IMG/VR virus record: IMGVR_UViG_3300029288_000075
Span: 1-64,000 of that record
DNA length: 64,000 nt
Source of the DNA: a virus
Lineage: Duplodnaviria; Caudoviricetes
Reading direction: 5' to 3' (one strand)
The stretch's first letter is position 1. The number at the start of each line of letters is the position of its first letter. Under the pieces are notes generated by a model. The model was not told the DNA's origin. It saw only the letters and a program-made list of their open reading frames with translations, and did not search any database. The position numbers and the translations under genes were made by a program. Positions 49,402 to 58,583 of the stretch are shown here, one piece after another.

Positions 49402-50672
49402 AGTTGCTCTTCCAAGAACTTGTTCAAGCCACCCTTAGCTAGCGGCACTATCACTTTCTGTGCTGCCTGCGCGACTGCCTTGTCCTGGCACTTCATGCCT
49501 AGACGCTGCGTGATCATGCTTTCAGCGTATGGCACTACGATGTCCGCCAAGTTTGCAGTTTGTAGTCGGCCGAGAGCTGCCCACATCAAGGGGGCCAGTT
49601 CTACTTTTTCCTCCATGGTGCTGCGTTGTCGCAGATACGAGGCAGCGCTGGCGTAGGCCATCACAACGATGTCCAGGCGATCCTTGTCAGGCTGCCATGT
49701 GCCGTCTAGCACGGCCATTGGCTCTGGCATGTCTGCTGTTTGAAGAAAGGTGGATAGCGTGGCTGCAGGTCCTTGCCCTACGCAGCATTCCACCAGCGTG
49801 TCACGCACCAGCTCAGATTTGCCAAGAATGGAGCAGGTGGTCCAGAGCCTGCCGGCGAAGTCCCACGTTCTAGAGGAAGGCCAGGCCTTGCTGCTTCTTG
49901 GGTCTGTTGCGGCAGGTTCCTGGTTGAACAGGGTGGGGTTGGATTTCAAGAAGGCGGTGATGAGGGAGAACGAGATGGGTTCTGCGTTTTTCCAGTTCTC
50001 CGTGACCATGGCTTCCAGGTTTAGTAGTGAGTGCGAGGAAGTAGCTGACGCGCCAAACATTTTGTAGGAAGTCCACTGCTCCAGCGGAAGGGACGGGTAT
50101 TCGTAGTGTGCAAAGCGCTGAGCCAATGGGGCAGACAGCCGGATGCCATTCGTGGCGATGTGCACTGGATTCTGGGCGGCAACGATGCGTACCTCGTTGG
50201 GTAACCTGGTATCCCCAGAAGCACGTTCGTGAACGAACGCTTGAAGTGCGGTATGCGTGGCCCTGGTACCACCGTTTATCTCGTCCAAGAAGATGATGCC
50301 CCGACCGTGTTCCACCATCTCACGGACCTGCGGTAGTGGACAGATCTGTTTGGCTCCGCCTCTGCCATCCGGGATGAGCACGCTGGCAAAGTCCTCCGGG
50401 GCGTGCTGTGACGCGTATAGGGTGACCAGCCTTTCTTGCATTGCGTCTGATAGCTGTTCAATCTGCGCAGTTTTCGCACTGGCAATCTTGCCCTCGATGA
50501 GTAGTGGGATCCCCCAAATGCACTTGGTGTCTCCTGGGGATCCCTTCATCGGTGTAGCAAAGCAGACCTCGAGCAGGTCTAGCAGCAGCGGTCTTGGACC
50601 AGCTACCGATGGCTGTGCGGTGGTGCGGAGGGCTGATAGGTTTGCTACAGTTTGCTTTCTCTTCATGGCCAT
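49398..50672 (-). CDS. MoxR-like AAA+ ATPase
   Basis: Walker A GKIASAKT, IFLDEIN, AAQNP, LAQRF, PSSRTW. Confidence 0.85.
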   Translation of the reverse strand: MAMKRKQTVANLSALRTTAQPSVAGPRPLLLDLLEVCFATPMKGSPGDTKCIWGIPLLIEGKIASAKTAQIEQLSDAMQERLVTLYASQHAPEDFASVLIPDGRGGAKQICPLPQVREMVEHGRGIIFLDEINGGTRATHTALQAFVHERASGDTRLPNEVRIVAAQNPVHIATNGIRLSAPLAQRFAHYEYPSLPLEQWTSYKMFGASATSSHSLLNLEAMVTENWKNAEPISFSLITAFLKSNPTLFNQEPAATDPRSSKAWPSSRTWDFAGRLWTTCSILGKSELVRDTLVECCVGQGPAATLSTFLQTADMPEPMAVLDGTWQPDKDRLDIVVMAYASAASYLRQRSTMEEKVELAPLMWAALGRLQTANLADIVVPYAESMITQRLGMKCQDKAVAQAAQKVIVPLAKGGLNKFLEEQL

Positions 50673-51253
50673 TACTTGCATTCTCCAGTGCGATGTACGC
50701 AGGTTGAGTGGTCGCAGGTTCTAGTTCTCCAGCACCGTTCGAATAGTCCGTCCAGACATACGGAGAGTCCAGGCACTGGTTCCACCCCTGTTTTCCAAAT
50801 GGGGGTGTCTCGGCTTTCTTCCAAGTGATTTAGGCAGCCTATGCACACGTGTATTTCGTTGTTCATGCCCACGAACTTGGGCATGTACTCGCGGTGCGGG
50901 TTGCGTTCGGAGTAGTGAAGTTCGCCAAAGGCAGCAGTAGCGAAGGCTTCTCCCTGAAGTATGTCGCTGCCGCAGATGTCACATTCCACTATCCCATCGG
51001 CATCCTCGAGCGGCGGTGAGTCTTCTAGTAGCTCCTTCACTTCTTCAAGGGTCTCTTCCCAGCAGCTGAAGCACCAGAACACCGGTATGTAGCGGAAGTA
51101 CCCGTTCATCTCTAGGACGTCCACCATCTGTAGTCCCGCGTCGGTGTTGACTACGTGCACGATGTGAAATAGAAAGACTTCGTCGGTGAGACCTAGCTCA
51201 TCGCCGCAAGAGGTGCAGTAGATACCAGATCCAACTTCTACCTCTTCCTCCAT
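50672..51253 (-). CDS. Tandem Zn-finger protein
   Basis: Two CxxC...CxxC repeats plus a C-terminal Cys cluster. Confidence 0.7.
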   Translation of the reverse strand: MEEEVEVGSGIYCTSCGDELGLTDEVFLFHIVHVVNTDAGLQMVDVLEMNGYFRYIPVFWCFSCWEETLEEVKELLEDSPPLEDADGIVECDICGSDILQGEAFATAAFGELHYSERNPHREYMPKFVGMNNEIHVCIGCLNHLEESRDTPIWKTGVEPVPGLSVCLDGLFERCWRTRTCDHSTCVHRTGECK

Positions 51254-51852
51254 AGCCGTGCCCTTTCTCTAGGAGCCGTTCGTTCAATACTGACCCAGCG
51301 GGTTTCTATGGTGGCCATGTTCAAGTCGGGTCCCATGCCTGTGCGCAGGTCTATGTCGTTCAGTAGCAGCATGTTTTCTGCGAAGTCGTTGCCCCTCCCG
51401 TTGTGGATGAGCCGTTCAAATGACAGCCCTGGCTCGAGCATTGAACCGGCTGGATACCTTGCACGCGCTTCTAGCTCACGGTCATACAGGTCATCTAGGA
51501 GGTCGTCATCGTCTACTGCCAGACCAACCCAGTCACGGTCGTTGGTATCCACGTAATCCTGGTCTAGCCACTCGCAGTAGGATCCTGGTGTTGCCATTTG
51601 CAGCAAGACTTCCAGGTCTCTTTGGTTGCAGAAGCTGATGAAACCTTTGTTGTCCACGACCTTGGCACGTACACCGCCAATTGCCCTGCCAATCACAGGC
51701 GTGTACAAGGAGTACACCGACCAGACCCGGTCATCGTGGTGCACGTCGTAGAAGGTTGACCCCAGGATTCCGAGGGTACTTTCTACGATGTGCGTACCGG
51801 GTATAGGAGCCAGTTCGTTTTTCCCCTCGAGGGTGAACGGATTGACAATCAC
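51238..51852 (-). CDS. Hypothetical protein
   Basis: GGAGG RBS, GTG start. Confidence 0.65.
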   Translation of the reverse strand: MIVNPFTLEGKNELAPIPGTHIVESTLGILGSTFYDVHHDDRVWSVYSLYTPVIGRAIGGVRAKVVDNKGFISFCNQRDLEVLLQMATPGSYCEWLDQDYVDTNDRDWVGLAVDDDDLLDDLYDRELEARARYPAGSMLEPGLSFERLIHNGRGNDFAENMLLLNDIDLRTGMGPDLNMATIETRWVSIERTAPRERARLWRKR

Positions 51853-51941
51853 GGGTTCCTCCAGATGAGCGAGTCCATCAAGTAGTGGGAGAAGCCGAAG
51901 ATGAACCCTGCGATGAATGCCCAGATGAGGAGCGATTTCAT
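51849..51941 (-). CDS. 30-aa membrane peptide (not in ORF track)
   Basis: MKSLLIWAFIAGFIFGFSHYLMDSLIWRNP, coupled at both ends. Confidence 0.45.
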   Translation of the reverse strand: MKSLLIWAFIAGFIFGFSHYLMDSLIWRNP

Positions 51942-51942
51942 A

Positions 51943-52092
51943 TTAGGATTCTTTTTCCGGCTCTTCTGTTGTACTTTCAGTTGATGATGACCTGCTGTAC
52001 AGGTCTTGTACCAACTGGCGGTACTTCTCTCCGGAGTCAGGGCGATCAGGAAACTCTTGTGCTGTTGGGCGTTTTTGTTCTTTGCGTGGCAT
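51943..52092 (-). CDS. 49-aa hypothetical protein (not in ORF track)
   Basis: GGAGG RBS directly after motif C; MPRKEQKRP... Confidence 0.45.
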   Translation of the reverse strand: MPRKEQKRPTAQEFPDRPDSGEKYRQLVQDLYSRSSSTESTTEEPEKES

Positions 52093-52110
52093 GCGACCCT
52101 CCGATAAAGC

Positions 52111-52138
52111 TCTTATCCCGTAGGGTGCGTGTCCCTTG
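52111..52138 (-). promoter_or_regulatory. Phage-specific promoter motif C
   Basis: CAA-N16-GGGATAAGA at the head of the MoxR/VWA operon. Confidence 0.6.
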
Positions 52139-52187
52139 CACCTTTTTGTCCCCGCAACCGCTGGTTCCAGCTATACTCTCGTAGAGC

Positions 52188-55100
52188 ATGACGCACTTGA
52201 ATCCGACTGAAGCGTTCGAGCACTACCGCGACAAGACCCTGGGTGCGATCAGGAAGCAGTTCCCTGTCGACGGGCAGAACCAACGTCTCGAGCTGGTGGA
52301 CCTAGAAGTTCAGGACAACTTGAATCCCGACGATATCAGGGATCAGCAGCAGGCCAAGGTAACAGGGAAGACTTGGGGTATCCCGGTTTACGCCAAGCTC
52401 AAGTTGGTGAACAAGGTCACTGGCGAGACGACTCAGTCGCGTACCAGAATTGCTGAGCTTCCCAAGATTACATGCCGACAGAGCTACATCGTAGGCGGGC
52501 AGGAGTACCAAGTAGACAACCAGTGGCGGCTCAAGCCTGGCGCGTATGTGCGGAGGAGGCAGACCGGACAGATTGAGGCAATGTTCCAGCCGGGTAACAA
52601 GCCGTCGTTCGACGTTGTTTTTGATGACGCGACGAAGGAGTTCAAAGTAGAGCTCCCTGGCGGTAAAGCGTCTGTGCCGCTGTACCAGATCATTTCCACG
52701 TTGGGTGTTTCTGATGACGAGTTGCACAAGGCGTGGGGTCCTGAGGTATTGGCTGCCAACAGAAATGCACGTGGTGTTCACGGGGCGGTGGAGCAGTACT
52801 ACAAGACCACGACAAAGAAGGAGGCACCCAGTGCGGCAGTAGCTGTAAGTCATCTAGTGACTTCACTGCAGCAAACGCAGCTGCGACCCGAAGCTACGGC
52901 GCTCACGCTTGGGAAGCCGATAGACCATGTGAACGGTGATGCTCTGCTGCGGGCTACTCGCAGGATGTTGGATGTCCAGTCTGGTGGGCCTGTAGATGAC
53001 CGCGATTCGCTGGTGTTCAAGGACCTCAGGAGCGTTGGGGATTTCTCCGAGGACAAACTACGTGAGGCTGGTGCAGATATTCGACGTAAGATGTCGAGGC
53101 AGGTGAATCGCGCAACCAACCCGTCCCACATGGTGCCGCTTGACGCGTTCAATAGGCCCATCAGGGACACGTTCTACAAGAACTCTGCAGCGCAGGTAGC
53201 CAAGCAAATCAACCCGGTGGAGATCTTGTCGGCTGCGCAGCAGACCACGGTGATGGGACCTGGCGGTATCCAGTCCGAGAATCAGATCATGCCCGAGGTG
53301 AAGTTTGTGAATCCCTCGCACATGGGCTTCTTGGACCCGATACATACGCCGGAAGGTGGAAAGACGGGCGTTACCTTGCGGTTGCCTATGAGCGTGAAGC
53401 AAGTTGGGTACGAGCCTAGGATTCCGCTGTACAACATACGTACAGGAAAGGTGGAAGACGTAGGGCCTGCCGCGTTTCTGAAATCGAAGATTGTACTTCC
53501 TGACCAGGTGGACTGGAAAGGCGGGAAGCCGGTAGCTCGAGGGCGTACGGTGAAGCTATCCGTGGCAGGCAACGACGTATCGGATGGCCATTTGCACGAG
53601 GCTGACTACGTGATGCAGCACACGTCGCAGTTCTTCAATGTCACCAGCAACTTGATCCCGTTCATCAACAGCACTTCTGGTGGCAGAGCATCTATGGCCA
53701 CCAGGCACATGGAGCAGGCCATCTCTCTGGTGGGACGAGAAGCACCTCTTGTTCAAGTAGGCACTGGCTCCGCTACCCCGGGTAGCACCACTTTCGAAGA
53801 GGTTGTAGGCACTCGCGCGTCTCATTACTCTCCGATCGCGGGCGTGGTGAAGGCAGTGAAGCATGACGCTGTGGTAGTAGCTGGCCACGACGGCAAGGAG
53901 CACGAGGTGCAGATCTACCGCAACTACCCGCTGAACGACGCCAAGTCGGTTTTGGACTCCACAGCGATTGTGAAGCCTGGTGATCGCGTGCGTGCGGGGC
54001 AGGTGGTGGCGGATACGAACTTTTCAAAAAACGGCGTAATTGCCTTGGGCACGAACCTGCGCGTGGGCTACATCCCGTACACGGGGTACAACTTCGAGGA
54101 TGGAGTAGTCATCAGCGAAAGTGCTGCGACGAAGCTCAGTAGCGACCATCTATACAAGCACAAGGTTCCCGTAGATGCCGAGTCGGTGTTGTCGAAGAAG
54201 CACTTTGTGACGCACCACGCTGGCTTGTTCAGCAAGGATCAGTTCGCAAAGGTAGGAGATGACGGGCTAGTTGCCGTAGGATCCGTGGTGCATCCCGGAG
54301 ACCCGCTGGTCTTGTCTATGAAGCAAGTGGTTGCGCGTGACCGCACGGGGCTATCCGCCATCCGTAAGAGCTTTGGGACTCAGTTTGCCGACCAGTCTAC
54401 TGTCTGGGACGGGGTAGGTGAAGGCAGGGTTGTGAGCTCCGAGAAAGTTGGCGACCACGTGGTTGTACACGTGCGGGCAATTGAGCCGATGCAAGTTGGC
54501 GACAAGTTGGCTGGTAGGTACGGCAACAAAGGCATTGTCACCAAGATTGTGCCGGACCACGAGATGCCACGTACACCCGATGGGAAGCACATAGAGGTGG
54601 CGTTGAATCCCTCGGGGGTACCTGGGCGTATGAACGTAGGGCAAGTGCTGGAGACTGCGGCTGCCAAGATTGCCCAGAAGACGGGCAAGCCGTACATTGT
54701 GCAGAACTTTTCAGATGGTAGTCAGCTTGCTCGGGTGCAAGCCGACCTGAAGAAGCACGGGCTGAGTGACACAGAGGACTTGTTTGATCCTATTACGAAG
54801 CAGCGCTTGGGCACTGCGCTGGTCGGCTCCCAGCACATGATCAAGCTGCACCATCAAGTGGACAAGAAGGTGTCCGTACGCTCTGGCATGACGTTGCCGG
54901 GAGAAGCTCCAGAGAAGTACAACTCCAACCTGCAGCCGGTGAGTGGCAAGCATACCGGCGGACAAGCGATGGACCCGCTAGGTATGTACTCTCTGCTCGC
55001 GCACGGGGCTCGTGCAAACATCCGAGAGATGGCCACGTGGAAGAACGAAGGTCCGGACATGTCTTCCAATCCGTCCAAGCAGTGGCATAGTCAGCATCAC

Positions 55101-58100
55101 GAGGTGTGGGATGCCATACAGCACGGTGACCCGTTGCCCGTGCCGAAGCCGACTTTCGCCTTTCACAAGTTCACGTCGATGCTTACCGCCGCGGGCATCA
55201 ACGTAGATAAGAAAGGGCACAACTTCATCTTGGGCCCGTTGACGGATTCCCACATACAGCAGTCGTCTGGAGATCGGGTACTGACGAAGCCTTCGGAGAT
55301 TGTTTACGCGAAGCTGGATTCGAAGACGGGGGAGCCCAAGCCCAAGCCGGGAGGGTTGTTTGACGACCGCCTTACTGGTGGCAATGGCGGACGTAAATGG
55401 AGTCGAATCGCCCTTGCCGAGCCGGTGCCAAATCCCGTGTTTGAGGATTCCATCCGGATGCTGACGGGGCTCTCTTCTGCGGACTACCACGGGTTGGTGC
55501 ATGGGGTGCACGCGATAGACAGTCACGGCCACATCGTAGAGGCTGGCAAGGGCACTACTGGCGGTGCGGCGATTGAGCAGCTGCTGAAGAAGATAGATGT
55601 GGCTGCCGAGTTGGATAAGTCCAAGAGGGCTTTGAATACGCTACCGGCGTCGAAGGTGGATGCCACCCTGAAGAGGGTGAAGCGGCTACAAGCACTTCAC
55701 CAGTCTGGCTTGTCTGCTGATGAGGCATACGTGCTGCACTCCCTGCCAGTCATTCCTCCAGCTATGCGCCCAGTCACTGTCATGCACGACGGCTCGCTGA
55801 AGTTCGATGACATCAATCAGCTGTATGCCAAGGCAGCTCAGACGAACATGTACTTGGGGGATCAAACGTTGGCCACGAACTTGCCGGAACAGCGCAGGAG
55901 AGATTTGCGCAAGGAGATGTACGACGGTGTCAGTGCATTGATGGGAGTCGGTATCCCGTACAAGGATGCGCAGCATAAGGGCCTATTGCATCTGATCCAG
56001 GGCGCGCAGCCCAAGACCGGCTATTTCCAGAGCACGCTCATCAGTCGCAAGCAAGACCTGAGCATGCGGTCTACCATTGTTCCGGAACCCTCCTTGGGGT
56101 TGGACGAGGTAGGGTTGCCTCGAGAGCAAGCCATGAAGCTGTTTTCTCCCTTTGTGGTGGGTGAGTTGAAGAAGTCAGGAATGGCCATCAACGTGGCCGA
56201 CGCGCAGAAGATGGTAGCTTCCGGCACGCCCGCGGCGCACAGGGCGTTGGCCAAAGTCATGACCGAACGTCCCGTGATGCTGAAACGAGATCCTTCGTTG
56301 CACAAGTACAGCATCCAGGCGTTTCAGCCTAAGGTGGTGGAGGGTAGCGCTATCAAGATTCACCCGCTGGTTACTGGGGGGTACAACGCAGACTTCGACG
56401 GGGACACCATGAGCGTGTTCGTGCCTATCTCTCAAGAGGCAGTGGATGAGGCGCACCGCATGTTCCCGTCCAACAACCTGTTCAGCGAAGCTACAGGCAA
56501 GGTCATGTACCAGCCTACGCTGGAGTCTGCGCTGGGGCTGTATAAGCTGTCGCGTGTCAATGATACGAAGGCGCACCACATCTCTCACCCTGCGGAAGCG
56601 ATTACCGCGGTGCAGCAGGGGAAGCTAACGGTGAATGACCGGGTGAAACTGGGAAATCAGGTCACCACACCAGGTCGTATCATTTTGGCGGCCGCCCTGC
56701 CTGAGCCAATGCAGCGTCCTATGCTGGAGAACCTTGGGCAGCAGTTGGACAAGAAAGGGCTGGACGCGCTGCTGACTACAGTGGCCAAGAACCATGTCGG
56801 AGACTATGGGCATGTAGCAGACAAGCTGAAGAACTTGGGTAACGGGGCGGCAAGTGGCGTGGTCACGGTGGAGCATGACGGATTCGTGGGTGCTGCACGT
56901 CTGGACCAGAAGAATAGAACTTACGTGCCTGTGGGCGTCCACACGCTGGCGTTGTCCGACTTTGAGCCAGATACGAAGACCAGGGAGCGAGTGTTGGCAC
57001 CGGCTCGTTTGGAGGCGGCACAGGTAAGGCAGGGGGGTGGTACCAAGTACAACAAGGATGCTGCGCTGGTGCGTATTTGGTCTGCAGCAGACCGCAAGAT
57101 GCAGGAAGAGCACATGAAGGTGGCCACAGACGATCCGACCAACCTCATGATGATGCACTTGGCTGGCGTGAAGCCCGGGTGGGGACAGTACAAGCAGCTC
57201 ACGCTGGCACCCATGCTGGTGGCCGACGCTTCTGGAAGAATCATCCCAGTGCCTATTACCCGCAGCTACTCCGAGGGGCTGGATTCTGGAGATTACTGGA
57301 ACCAGATGCACGGAGCTCGGCGTGGTGCGGTCATGAAGGTGCAGGAGGTCCAGGAACCTGGGTATCTTTCGAAGCTGATGATGGCCAACACTATGAACAT
57401 GGTGGTGCATGGGAACGACTGTGGCACTGAGCGCGGTATTGCTCTTCCTGTGACCGACCCAGATGTGCATGACCGGTTCTTGCAGCGTGAATTCAACGAG
57501 AAGGGAGTGCATGTCCCCTCCGGTACCTTACTCACTCCGCGGGTAGTCACCAGCATGCGTTCAGCAAACAAGAATGCTCAGATCGTGGTGCGCAGCTCGT
57601 TGAAGTGCGAGCATGCTACTGGGGTGTGCCAGAAGTGTATGGGGCTAGCGGCCAATGGCAACTTGCATTCTGATGGGGACAATGTTGGTGTTACGGCTGC
57701 ACAGACGCTGGGTGAGCGCGCGGTGCAGTTGACCATGCGCGTTTTTCATACCGGTGGCGTGGCGGATACCGGGAGTGGTTCCCGCGTGCTGGGGGAATTC
57801 GATCGGGTGCAGCAGCTCATGAAGTTGCCCAAGCGCATACCCGACGCGGCCACGTTGGCTATGGCATCGGGCACAGTTGACAAGGTGGAAAAGACGGCCA
57901 CCGGCATGAACATCTTCGTTGGGGGTAAGAAGCACTTCGTGGGGAAAGACGCTCGAGGGGCACCCTTGTGGCATTCCATAGGGGACAATGCGCATCCTGG
58001 CTGGGTCCCCCCGCGGGTAGGGACCCAGGTGACGCGAGGCCAGTCGCTGAGTGATCCTCTTCGTACGCTGGTGAATCCGCATGATCTGTACAAGGCCACT

Positions 58101-58583
58101 GGGAGCATTGAGACTGTGCAGAACCACCTGGCGGACCAACTGCATTCCTTGTACAAAAGCGAAGGGATCAAGCGGCAGCACGTGGAGACTGTGGTCAAGG
58201 CCATGAGCAACCTGTCCGAGGTAGCCGCCCCTGGGGACTACGAGGGTGTCCTGCGTGGCGAATTCCATCCCACGTCCAAGCTCATTGCGGTCAACAAGCG
58301 GCTGATTCGGGAGGGTAAGAAGCCGATAGAGCACAAGCCGGTACTGAAGGGGGTGGACATCATGCCGTTAGCGGTTCAAGAAGATTGGATGGCCAAGATG
58401 CAGCACATCAAGCTCAATCAGACCCTGCTGGATGCAGCGGCCACAGGCGGTAGATCCAGCATCCATGGCATGCACCCCATTCCTGCTCTGGCGTATGGTG
58501 CTGAGTTTGGTTTGACAAGTGAGCATGCCAAGCAGCGGTCAGCCTTGAGCCATCTTCACGATGTGCAGGGGCACGAGTACTGA
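52188..58583 (+). CDS. Single-chain beta-beta' DNA-dependent RNA polymerase, 2131 aa
   Basis: beta motifs TPEG, GYNFEDG, GDKLAGRYGNKG, NPSGVPGRMNVGQ followed in frame by beta' motifs LPVIPPAMRP, YNADFDGD, HGARRG, TMRVFHTGG. Confidence 0.95.
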   Translation: MTHLNPTEAFEHYRDKTLGAIRKQFPVDGQNQRLELVDLEVQDNLNPDDIRDQQQAKVTGKTWGIPVYAKLKLVNKVTGETTQSRTRIAELPKITCRQSYIVGGQEYQVDNQWRLKPGAYVRRRQTGQIEAMFQPGNKPSFDVVFDDATKEFKVELPGGKASVPLYQIISTLGVSDDELHKAWGPEVLAANRNARGVHGAVEQYYKTTTKKEAPSAAVAVSHLVTSLQQTQLRPEATALTLGKPIDHVNGDALLRATRRMLDVQSGGPVDDRDSLVFKDLRSVGDFSEDKLREAGADIRRKMSRQVNRATNPSHMVPLDAFNRPIRDTFYKNSAAQVAKQINPVEILSAAQQTTVMGPGGIQSENQIMPEVKFVNPSHMGFLDPIHTPEGGKTGVTLRLPMSVKQVGYEPRIPLYNIRTGKVEDVGPAAFLKSKIVLPDQVDWKGGKPVARGRTVKLSVAGNDVSDGHLHEADYVMQHTSQFFNVTSNLIPFINSTSGGRASMATRHMEQAISLVGREAPLVQVGTGSATPGSTTFEEVVGTRASHYSPIAGVVKAVKHDAVVVAGHDGKEHEVQIYRNYPLNDAKSVLDSTAIVKPGDRVRAGQVVADTNFSKNGVIALGTNLRVGYIPYTGYNFEDGVVISESAATKLSSDHLYKHKVPVDAESVLSKKHFVTHHAGLFSKDQFAKVGDDGLVAVGSVVHPGDPLVLSMKQVVARDRTGLSAIRKSFGTQFADQSTVWDGVGEGRVVSSEKVGDHVVVHVRAIEPMQVGDKLAGRYGNKGIVTKIVPDHEMPRTPDGKHIEVALNPSGVPGRMNVGQVLETAAAKIAQKTGKPYIVQNFSDGSQLARVQADLKKHGLSDTEDLFDPITKQRLGTALVGSQHMIKLHHQVDKKVSVRSGMTLPGEAPEKYNSNLQPVSGKHTGGQAMDPLGMYSLLAHGARANIREMATWKNEGPDMSSNPSKQWHSQHHEVWDAIQHGDPLPVPKPTFAFHKFTSMLTAAGINVDKKGHNFILGPLTDSHIQQSSGDRVLTKPSEIVYAKLDSKTGEPKPKPGGLFDDRLTGGNGGRKWSRIALAEPVPNPVFEDSIRMLTGLSSADYHGLVHGVHAIDSHGHIVEAGKGTTGGAAIEQLLKKIDVAAELDKSKRALNTLPASKVDATLKRVKRLQALHQSGLSADEAYVLHSLPVIPPAMRPVTVMHDGSLKFDDINQLYAKAAQTNMYLGDQTLATNLPEQRRRDLRKEMYDGVSALMGVGIPYKDAQHKGLLHLIQGAQPKTGYFQSTLISRKQDLSMRSTIVPEPSLGLDEVGLPREQAMKLFSPFVVGELKKSGMAINVADAQKMVASGTPAAHRALAKVMTERPVMLKRDPSLHKYSIQAFQPKVVEGSAIKIHPLVTGGYNADFDGDTMSVFVPISQEAVDEAHRMFPSNNLFSEATGKVMYQPTLESALGLYKLSRVNDTKAHHISHPAEAITAVQQGKLTVNDRVKLGNQVTTPGRIILAAALPEPMQRPMLENLGQQLDKKGLDALLTTVAKNHVGDYGHVADKLKNLGNGAASGVVTVEHDGFVGAARLDQKNRTYVPVGVHTLALSDFEPDTKTRERVLAPARLEAAQVRQGGGTKYNKDAALVRIWSAADRKMQEEHMKVATDDPTNLMMMHLAGVKPGWGQYKQLTLAPMLVADASGRIIPVPITRSYSEGLDSGDYWNQMHGARRGAVMKVQEVQEPGYLSKLMMANTMNMVVHGNDCGTERGIALPVTDPDVHDRFLQREFNEKGVHVPSGTLLTPRVVTSMRSANKNAQIVVRSSLKCEHATGVCQKCMGLAANGNLHSDGDNVGVTAAQTLGERAVQLTMRVFHTGGVADTGSGSRVLGEFDRVQQLMKLPKRIPDAATLAMASGTVDKVEKTATGMNIFVGGKKHFVGKDARGAPLWHSIGDNAHPGWVPPRVGTQVTRGQSLSDPLRTLVNPHDLYKATGSIETVQNHLADQLHSLYKSEGIKRQHVETVVKAMSNLSEVAAPGDYEGVLRGEFHPTSKLIAVNKRLIREGKKPIEHKPVLKGVDIMPLAVQEDWMAKMQHIKLNQTLLDAAATGGRSSIHGMHPIPALAYGAEFGLTSEHAKQRSALSHLHDVQGHEY

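Noticed and set aside
49398-50672. AAA+ ATPase as an inactive pseudo-enzyme
   Set aside because: The Walker A Lys-Thr, Walker B and Arg finger are retained; AK[ST] variants occur in active MoxR-family proteins
51885-52184. 99-aa + strand ORF upstream of the RNAP
   Set aside because: Antisense to two coupled small ORFs and promoter motif C
52188-58583. Host chromosomal rpoBC
   Set aside because: No ribosomal-protein neighbours, strongly diverged and truncated, flanked by phage genes
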